Assembly: GCA_964509985.1 (NCBI GenBank)
Contig: CAZDZQ010000007.1
Location: 2,139 to 66,138 of the forward strand
Origin: an uncultured Candidatus Peribacteria bacterium
GTDB taxonomy: Bacteria > Patescibacteriota > Gracilibacteria > CAIRYL01
Length of the DNA stretch: 64,000 nt
Direction: 5' to 3'
The notes beneath the pieces were generated by a model. The model was not told the DNA's origin. It was given only the letters and a program-made list of their open reading frames with translations, and ran no database searches. This document shows positions 41,202 through 48,701 of the stretch, piece by piece; the first letter of the stretch is position 1; every line of letters begins with the position of its first letter. A program made the position numbers and the translations under genes.

Positions 41202-42263
41202 TTAAACCGTAACCAAAAAATAATTTGCATGAATAACTATAATATTTTCTTCGCCTTTTTGCGAGCGAATTTCTGCTGCATCCAATTTTGCTACACCATA
41301 GCCAATTTGTTCAAAATCTTTATCAATAACACTAATAACATCTCCTTTTTGAAATTGACCAAAAACCTGCATAATTCCTTTTAATAAAACAGAACGACGA
41401 ACATTTTTATTTCTTAACGCCTCGCCTCCGTCTTCACTAATTTGAATTTCCCCTTTTGGCTCTGCCCCTGCAAATAACCATTTTTGAATTCCTTTCATAT
41501 GTTTCTCTTTTTGCATTCCTACAATTTTTGTATATGGCTTTGTATTTCGTTTTGAATCATCAAACATCGATGCAAAAATATGCTCATTGCTTCCATGCCC
41601 AACATACACATCTATACCACACTGCATTGCCAATCGAATTGACTCGATTTTTCCTTTCATTCCACCAGTCCCAAATTCTGTTTTTTGGTCAGTTTGAATA
41701 TCATCAAATTCTTCAAGCTGTGTAATTATTCCAATTTTTTTTTGTTTTTCTGTTCCAAAATCATTATAAATTCCATCTACAGAAGTCAACAATAAAACTT
41801 TTTCTGCATGCATCATAATCCCTAAATAACACGCCAACTGGTCATTATCAGAAAAACTTTTTTTTACTCCATGCAAAATATCATTATCATTTATAATAGG
41901 AATTATATTGTTTCGTGTCGCTTCTTCCAAAGCTGATTGCAAATAAATATATCTTTTTCTATCTGATAAATCATCTTTTGAAAGCAAATATTGCGCAACT
42001 ACCAAGCCATTATCTTGTGCAATTTTATTATACTCATTTATTAGCATAGGTTGCCCAATCGCAGCTTTTACTCCTTTTGATAATTTTTGAAATGCTATTT
42101 GTTGCCCACCTGCAGCAACCGCTCCACTACTTACTAAAATTATTTTTTTTCCCATTTTTTGTAAATATTTTATTCCAGAAATAATATGTTCTAGCATTTC
42201 TTTTTTCAAAGACCCATTTTTATTTACCAATAATGCACTTCCAATTTTAATAACAATATACAT
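41202..42263 (-). CDS. proB: Glutamate 5-kinase with C-terminal PUA domain
   Basis: 353 aa. IKIGSALL, ILVSSGAVAAG, SDNDQLA, GTGGM, and a PUA-like tail (GDVISVID...IGYGVAKLDAAEI). No proA gene is adjacent. Confidence 0.85.
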   Translation of the reverse strand: MYIVIKIGSALLVNKNGSLKKEMLEHIISGIKYLQKMGKKIILVSSGAVAAGGQQIAFQKLSKGVKAAIGQPMLINEYNKIAQDNGLVVAQYLLSKDDLSDRKRYIYLQSALEEATRNNIIPIINDNDILHGVKKSFSDNDQLACYLGIMMHAEKVLLLTSVDGIYNDFGTEKQKKIGIITQLEEFDDIQTDQKTEFGTGGMKGKIESIRLAMQCGIDVYVGHGSNEHIFASMFDDSKRNTKPYTKIVGMQKEKHMKGIQKWLFAGAEPKGEIQISEDGGEALRNKNVRRSVLLKGIMQVFGQFQKGDVISVIDKDFEQIGYGVAKLDAAEIRSQKGEENIIVIHANYFLVTV

Positions 42264-42324
42264 GTATTTTAAAGAAAAATCTAATTTGCTCTATACTACC
42301 TTTTTATTGCTCTAACTCAAAATT

Positions 42325-42360
42325 AAAAAAACAATAACAAGAGAAATTCTCTTATTACTG
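42325..42360 (-). terminator. Rho-independent terminator after the SLH/Kazal gene
   Basis: On the minus strand, cagtaataagag-aattt-ctcttgttattg (12 bp including two G-U pairs) followed by seven T. Confidence 0.65.
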
Positions 42361-42402
42361 TTTTTACTATTCCTTTTGTAATCAAAGTACAAAACCAAAT
42401 AA

Positions 42403-44514
42403 CTAATATATTAAGTAGTTATAAATAGCGATTGCAACCTCTTTTCGTGTCAATTCTTTTGCAGGGTTTAAATATTGAGAATTTCGATCTGGAAATAAAT
42501 TATATTTTTTAGCAATTCCTGCGTATTTTGAAAACCAATTATATGAATAAACATCATTATAATTATAAGGCAAATTATACTCGATATCAAACGTATTAGC
42601 TAATAATTTTAAAAATTCAGCAGTATTCACTGTTTTTTCTGGTTTAAAAGTTCCATCATCATATCCAGATAAAATACCTAAATTATATGCTTTCATTACA
42701 TATTTAGTATACCATTCTCCGTCTACTACATCATAAAAAGTATTATTATTTTGAATATTCCCAATATTTATTTTATTTGCTTTTAATAAAAATTTCGCAA
42801 TTTCTGCACGATTCACAGCTTTCCACCCTTTAAATTCTCCATCCGAATATCCACCTAAAATATTGTTTTTCTTCAAATAAGCCGCTGCACTATTTTCAAG
42901 AGTTCCTACATTTAAATCTGTAAAAGCTGAAACATTTTGATTTGTTATTACTTCTTCTTCATACTCTGGAGTTGGTGTTGGAGAATACCATAATAAATTT
43001 TGCATTTTTGAAGTACTACAGGCACCAGAATGTTCAAACTTATAATAAGTTAAATCTTGATCAGCCTTACATCTATTTTGAAAAGTTGCATAATCACTTA
43101 AACTATTAAATAGACAGACAGGTTTATAAATTGAAGAACAAATATTAGCTGGAACTATATTACTAAATGGATCTAAATTAAAATTTGGAACTGTGAACTC
43201 TGTATCTACTGATTTTTGAGAGTATGAATTATTCGTCAGTGTTGTTATTGGTGCTGATTCTCCATCAATAGAAATAATTTCTACTGAATAAAATTTATTA
43301 TTACCTCCTTTTTGTATAAAATCTCGTGTACTAGGAATAGATCTTCTTATTTCACCTGTAGATAAGTTAAATTCATCAAATAGTGGAATTTCTACTCCCC
43401 AATTATAAGCTTCAATTTTTTCATTAATAGAATATCCATTTTCATTAATTAACTTAAATTCAATTATTTTACCTGCACAATCAAGATTAGAACAATATAA
43501 TCTTACATAAATTTTCCCACCGACCGTTATATCATGATGAAAGTAATCAATAAACGAAGTAAGTGTAAGTGAATTAAAAATATTAGAATGATTTGGAGTT
43601 AGTATAGGTTCAACATCTTGAGACTGACTACTTTTTTCTTTAAGAGAAAAAACACGTTTTTCAGATCCTATAGAATGTATTGTTCCATCGGGTAAAATAA
43701 ATACATACTTTATAAACCATAAAAATCTACTATCTGTAGCTTTTTGTATATTAAAATACTTCTGCTCTAACAAGTATGAAATACTATGAGGTTCTAATGT
43801 ATGCGTATCAATATTTTGATCTGTAAAACAAAAACTTTCACTTTCTGAAAAATCAATAGGGCGGATGCAAAAACTATGGCTTAAATTATTTGTAACCATT
43901 GTTCCATCTTTTAAATACACCTCTCCTTTTTCAAATTTAAAAAGAGTGTTTTCATCTTCATAAACTGTTGCATAACGATCTGGAAAAATATTTTGTGGAT
44001 ATGCAACACCTCCTATTTGATCATAACCTGGTAATCTTGTATCAATATCAAAACTATAAGTGTTATTGTCGTATGCATTAGGCTCTGATTCTATTTCCCA
44101 TTCATGAGTATTAATATTAATAGTAACAGTATATTGATCTTCAGCAACATACTGATTAAACGCATCAAGATCTACAGTTCTATGAAACTTATACGGATTA
44201 GACATTGTATTTTCAGGATTTAAAGCTCCAAGATATACATATCCGTTACTATTATTTTTTGACTCTAATCTAATAGTAAAATCTATATTAGAGTTTTGCA
44301 CAACTCCAACACCTTTATTTTCAACCTCTATTTCAAACTTAGAATTACTAACAAACTCAACCTTGTTTATAATTAAATCACACTCATGCCCTACTTCATT
44401 AGAGCAGACAGGAGGACCAGCTGAAAATACATCATCTCGCACAGAAAACGCACTTCCAACAACGAAGAACAAAGCAAGTCCAACTCCTGCTGATATTTTT
44501 TTTAACAAATTCAT
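42403..44514 (-). CDS. Secreted protein with Kazal-like Cys motif and three C-terminal SLH domains
   Basis: I prefer the start MNLLKKISAGVGLALFFVVGSAFS (signal peptide). CSSIYKPVCLFNSLSDYATFQNRCKADQDLTYYKFEHSGAC has Kazal-like C..Y.PVC...TY.N.C...C spacing. Three SLH units: FTDLNVG...GYSDGEFKGWKAVNRAEIAKFL; FYDVVDGEWYTKYV...GYDDGTFKPEKTVNTAEFLKLL; YNDVYSYNWFSKYA...LNPAKELTRKEVAIAI. Confidence 0.65.
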   Translation of the reverse strand: MNLLKKISAGVGLALFFVVGSAFSVRDDVFSAGPPVCSNEVGHECDLIINKVEFVSNSKFEIEVENKGVGVVQNSNIDFTIRLESKNNSNGYVYLGALNPENTMSNPYKFHRTVDLDAFNQYVAEDQYTVTININTHEWEIESEPNAYDNNTYSFDIDTRLPGYDQIGGVAYPQNIFPDRYATVYEDENTLFKFEKGEVYLKDGTMVTNNLSHSFCIRPIDFSESESFCFTDQNIDTHTLEPHSISYLLEQKYFNIQKATDSRFLWFIKYVFILPDGTIHSIGSEKRVFSLKEKSSQSQDVEPILTPNHSNIFNSLTLTSFIDYFHHDITVGGKIYVRLYCSNLDCAGKIIEFKLINENGYSINEKIEAYNWGVEIPLFDEFNLSTGEIRRSIPSTRDFIQKGGNNKFYSVEIISIDGESAPITTLTNNSYSQKSVDTEFTVPNFNLDPFSNIVPANICSSIYKPVCLFNSLSDYATFQNRCKADQDLTYYKFEHSGACSTSKMQNLLWYSPTPTPEYEEEVITNQNVSAFTDLNVGTLENSAAAYLKKNNILGGYSDGEFKGWKAVNRAEIAKFLLKANKINIGNIQNNNTFYDVVDGEWYTKYVMKAYNLGILSGYDDGTFKPEKTVNTAEFLKLLANTFDIEYNLPYNYNDVYSYNWFSKYAGIAKKYNLFPDRNSQYLNPAKELTRKEVAIAIYNYLIY

Positions 44515-44891
44515 AGTAACAATATAAAATAATAATTGTGTAAGAAACAAGAAAAGCAATTTTTTTACATTTAGAAAAAACTTTTAAGCCTTTATCTATT
44601 CACATTCTTTTTTAAAATAACATATGAATATGAAAAAAAAAACAAAAGATTTTACACAAAATACATTTAATTCCTTAGATAAAAGATTAGAAATATACAC
44701 TCCAGATTTAACAGAATTTAAAAGTATTGAAATTACAAAATTAAAAGAAATTGAAAATACAGGAGAAGAATATTGCAACATAAAAAATTAAATAAAAAAA
44801 TCCTAAAATGAATTTAAATAGTAAAAAAATCTAATTTTTTGTATTATTATTATATATAATTAAAAAAATATTTTATATTTTACAAAAAAAC

Positions 44892-46094
44892 ATGAGTGAA
44901 TTAAAAATTTTAGACGGAAATCATGCTGCGGCAGAAGCTATGCGACAAATTGCCCCAGAAGTTGTTCCTGCATATCCCATTACCCCAACTTCATATATTT
45001 TTGAAGTTTTTACAAAATATGTAAATAATGGATTGGTTCAAAGTGAAGTTATGACTGTGGAAAGTGAGCATGCTGCAATGTCGGCATGTGTTGGGGCCTG
45101 TGCCGCAGGTGGGAGAGTTATGACCGCGACGGCATCGCAAGGATTAAAACTTATGAGTGAAGTATTATGGAATGCATCTGGATTGCGACTTCCAATTGTT
45201 TTGATAAATGGAAATAGAGCATTAGGTGCGCCACTTTCTATTCATTGCGACCATTCAGATTCATTAGCAGAGAGAGATTGTGGATTTATTCAAATGTATG
45301 CAAAAGATGCACAAGAAATGTACGATTTATTACTTCAATCATTTTTAATTGCAGAACATGACGATGTTCGAACTCCTATAATGATTAACATGGACGCATT
45401 TTTGGTAACGCATACACATCAAGAAATTGCAGTAGAATCAGATAAAAAAGTGAAAGAATTTATTGGAAAAGCAAATATTAAAAATGCATTACTTGATATC
45501 GACAACCCCGTTTCATATGGTGGGGCAACTCGTCCAGATTATTACCAAGAAGCAAGAAGAAATCAGCTTCAAGGGCTTTTAAATGCATATGAAGTAATTT
45601 CTAAAATTGGATCAGATTTTAATAAAAAATTTGGAAGATCAGAAAATTATAATTATTCAAGTTTTGGAGAAGATTATTTATTGGACGATGCAGAGTTTGT
45701 ATATGTGCAAATGGGGTCATCTTTTGGAACTATTAAAAATGCAGTAGACCAAATGCGAAAAAACGGAATTAAAGCTGGGATTTTACGACTTCGAACATAT
45801 CGACCATTTCCAAGCGAATACGTGCGACAAATGTTACAAGATGCAAAAATTGTGATGGTTATGGATAAAACTTCACCAGCAGGAGGAGAATCGGCACCGC
45901 TTTCTATGGAAGTAAAAAGTGCAATGTATGATGGCGAAAACAAACCAACTATTGTCCCATTTATATACGGGCTGGGGTCAAAAGATTTTAATCCAAATCA
46001 TGCAAAAGAAATGTTGGATTTAGCAAAAAAAGTAGATGCAGGAGAAGAAGAAATTTTTTCTGAAGAATCTGTTTGGGTTAATTTGAGAGGGTAG
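44892..46094 (+). CDS. porA: Pyruvate/2-oxoacid:ferredoxin oxidoreductase alpha subunit (PorA-type), without beta/gamma/delta partners in the window
   Basis: 400 aa. LDGNHAAAEAMRQIAPEVVPAYPITPTS, ESEHAAMSACVGACAAGGRVMTATASQGL, RLRTYRPFP. Confidence 0.8.
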   Translation: MSELKILDGNHAAAEAMRQIAPEVVPAYPITPTSYIFEVFTKYVNNGLVQSEVMTVESEHAAMSACVGACAAGGRVMTATASQGLKLMSEVLWNASGLRLPIVLINGNRALGAPLSIHCDHSDSLAERDCGFIQMYAKDAQEMYDLLLQSFLIAEHDDVRTPIMINMDAFLVTHTHQEIAVESDKKVKEFIGKANIKNALLDIDNPVSYGGATRPDYYQEARRNQLQGLLNAYEVISKIGSDFNKKFGRSENYNYSSFGEDYLLDDAEFVYVQMGSSFGTIKNAVDQMRKNGIKAGILRLRTYRPFPSEYVRQMLQDAKIVMVMDKTSPAGGESAPLSMEVKSAMYDGENKPTIVPFIYGLGSKDFNPNHAKEMLDLAKKVDAGEEEIFSEESVWVNLRG

Positions 46095-46115
46095 GGTGAA
46101 TATAAAATATGTTAT

Positions 46116-48683
46116 ATGAATTATTACAACGCAGAAAAACTAATAACTGAAAATGAACAATCATGCTTAGAGTATTTGAAAAAAAATTTAGATGATTCTT
46201 ATCAAGTTTTTTGTAAGCCATTTTTTGAGTCTTCTCAAATTGATTTTGTTGTTTTAAAAGAAGGAGAAAAAGTTTTGTTAATAAAAGTTTGCGAAAATTT
46301 TTCTCAAAAAGAATTTTGTAAAAATGCAGTAAAAAAAGTAAAAAATGATATTACAGATAGGTATATACCGGAATTAATAGAATTATATAAAAATAATTCA
46401 AAAGGATATTCTTTAATGCAAAGTTTAATTTGGTGTAATGATTCCCTTGAAGATTCAAAAAATAACTATAAATGCTCATTAAAAAATTTCTTAAAACCAA
46501 GTTATGAAGGACTAATGCTTGATAATAACTTACAAACAAAATTTTTAGCGTATTTAGAAGAAAGAAATCTTGTTTTGGAAATAAAAAATAATTCTATTCC
46601 TCAATTTAAAGATTTTACACAAAAACAAAAAAATCTTTCTAAAAGTATTGAAGGGAAAATTCAAAAAATCAAAGGAGTTGCAGGGGCAGGAAAGACGCTG
46701 GTTCTTGCTCAACGGGCAATTAATGCTTATGAAAGAACTAAAGAAAAAGTTTTGATTTTGACTTACAATAAATCGATTGTTTCTCATATTAAAAATGTAA
46801 TATGGAATTTAAGCGGATCTTATAATTATTCTCGTTTTTGCATTGATAATGTTGATAATTTTATTTCAGCACAAAACAATAATGCGTTATTAGGAATGTC
46901 AAATTTTCCAACTTTAGAAGAAATTTCTAAAACATTTCATGATAAAAAAAATATTTTACCCAAATATAAAGCAATTTTTATTGATGAAATTCAAGATTGG
47001 GATAATGAAAAAATTACACTTATAAAAGAAATTTTTCTTGCAGATGATGGGGAATTTGTTGTTTTTGGAGACGAAAAACAAGGAATTTATGGAAAAGAAA
47101 ATCTTGAGATTTTTTCAGAAGAAGAATGGAGTAATTTATCCGAAGCAACAACTTTTCGAATGTTTCCTAAAATTGCAGAGCTTGCAACAAATTTTCAAAA
47201 ATATTTTTTAAAAGAAGAATACAATGAAATAGAAGAAATTACTTCAGCTCAACAAGAACTCTTTACAGGAGAAATTTTATATTTTCAATTTTATAAAAAA
47301 ACCAATTCAGTTGATCAATTAACTCAAAAAATTATTGATTTATTACAAGCAAATACAAAAAATGCAGCAGTAGTGTCTTACAGAGAAAATATTCTTCAAG
47401 ATATTGATTTTAAAATTCGTGAAACAAAGAGAAAAACAATTACAACTTTTCTTTCTAAGGAATTTTTAAAACACACAGAAAAATTTCCAAAAAATCAACG
47501 AGAAGCAAAAAAAGGAGAAAAAAAGACGAGTTTACAATCAAATTTTTCTCTTACAAAAGAAGGAATTAAACTTTCTACAATTCATAGTTTTAAAGGGTAT
47601 GAAGCAGATACTCTTATCTTAATTATTCAATCGTGGGAAGATAATGATGAATTGATTTATACAGCTTTAACACGAGCCAAAGAAAAACTTATTGTCTTGA
47701 ATATTGAAAATTTACGGTATAAAGAATTTTTCAAAAAAAATAGTAAAATTTTAATAAAAAAGCCTTTTGAATTTACAGTTTTTGAAACTCAAGAGGACAA
47801 TTTTGAGCTAAAAAAACAATTACTAGAATATAAACAAAAACTAAAAAGCACTGAAAATTTAGAAAGTAAAATAACAAATTTTGAAGAAGAAAAAAAAGAA
47901 TTAAAAAATGAAATTTCAGAAAAAGAAGAAAAAATTTCTAAATTGCGAAAAGACTTGAGACGTAAAAAAAGTATCCTAAGGATATTTGAAAAATCAACCA
48001 ATCAAGAAGAAAAATTACAAAAACAAATTGAAGAATTAGAGAAAGAAAAGAAGGAGTTAGAGAATAAAATAAATAAGAAAGAAAAGAAGTTTAAGGACAA
48101 GATTGAGAGCTTTAAAAAAGAGTATGATGAAAATTTAAAGAAAGAAAAGCAAAGGTTTGAAAATGAGAAAGATAGGGCGGTTGAGAAAGCAGAGAATAAA
48201 TATTATTTTGAAATTAACGAATTAAAGAAAAAGAATGAAAAATTATCTAATAATGATAATTTTATTACATTAGAAAGTTATCAAGATAAAAATATAACAG
48301 TCTTTTTATTTGGAAATAGTTCTTTAAAAGAAAAATATATTAATGGAATATTTAAACAAATAAATGAAAATCTTGAAAAGATAAGTTTTACTTATGAAAT
48401 TATTGCATTAGAATATAAAGAAACAGAGTCTAATGCTAAAAATTTAGAAAATAAAATAGCAATAAAAAATAAAGGAGAATATTTAGTTATTATTGGTGCA
48501 CATGAGCATTCTCTAAAAAATATAGATAAAAAATCTTCTGGATCATTTACTGAATATCTAAAAAAATATGGAGGAGAATTTATTTTAGAAGTTAGAAAAA
48601 ATCAAGATGGTAATAAATTAGATTCTATCGGAAAAACAAATTTAAGAGAATGTTTAGATAAAGGTATTAAATTGTTAAAATAA
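46116..48683 (+). CDS. NERD-like nuclease-fold N-domain + SF1 (UvrD_C_2/AAA_19-type) helicase + long K/E coiled coil + uncharacterised C-terminal domain
   Basis: 855 aa. SCLEYLKKNLDDSYQVF...SQIDFVVLKEGEKVLLIKVCEN (NERD-like). Walker A GVAGAGKT (46674-46697). FIDEIQDW, FGDEKQGIYG, STIHSFKGYEAD, YTALTRAKEKLIVL. Heptad-rich K/E segment at about 47800-48250. C-terminal domain at about 48260-48680. Confidence 0.7.
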   Translation: MNYYNAEKLITENEQSCLEYLKKNLDDSYQVFCKPFFESSQIDFVVLKEGEKVLLIKVCENFSQKEFCKNAVKKVKNDITDRYIPELIELYKNNSKGYSLMQSLIWCNDSLEDSKNNYKCSLKNFLKPSYEGLMLDNNLQTKFLAYLEERNLVLEIKNNSIPQFKDFTQKQKNLSKSIEGKIQKIKGVAGAGKTLVLAQRAINAYERTKEKVLILTYNKSIVSHIKNVIWNLSGSYNYSRFCIDNVDNFISAQNNNALLGMSNFPTLEEISKTFHDKKNILPKYKAIFIDEIQDWDNEKITLIKEIFLADDGEFVVFGDEKQGIYGKENLEIFSEEEWSNLSEATTFRMFPKIAELATNFQKYFLKEEYNEIEEITSAQQELFTGEILYFQFYKKTNSVDQLTQKIIDLLQANTKNAAVVSYRENILQDIDFKIRETKRKTITTFLSKEFLKHTEKFPKNQREAKKGEKKTSLQSNFSLTKEGIKLSTIHSFKGYEADTLILIIQSWEDNDELIYTALTRAKEKLIVLNIENLRYKEFFKKNSKILIKKPFEFTVFETQEDNFELKKQLLEYKQKLKSTENLESKITNFEEEKKELKNEISEKEEKISKLRKDLRRKKSILRIFEKSTNQEEKLQKQIEELEKEKKELENKINKKEKKFKDKIESFKKEYDENLKKEKQRFENEKDRAVEKAENKYYFEINELKKKNEKLSNNDNFITLESYQDKNITVFLFGNSSLKEKYINGIFKQINENLEKISFTYEIIALEYKETESNAKNLENKIAIKNKGEYLVIIGAHEHSLKNIDKKSSGSFTEYLKKYGGEFILEVRKNQDGNKLDSIGKTNLRECLDKGIKLLK

Positions 48684-48701
48684 AAAATTTAAAATTAGTA
48701 T

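Noticed and set aside
44596-44791. 61-aa ORF (-) from the track and a 55-aa K/E-rich ORF (+, 44624-44791) in the gap upstream of porA
   Set aside because: They overlap each other on opposite strands in low-complexity AT-rich DNA, with no motifs or coupling signals. The evidence is insufficient to call either.
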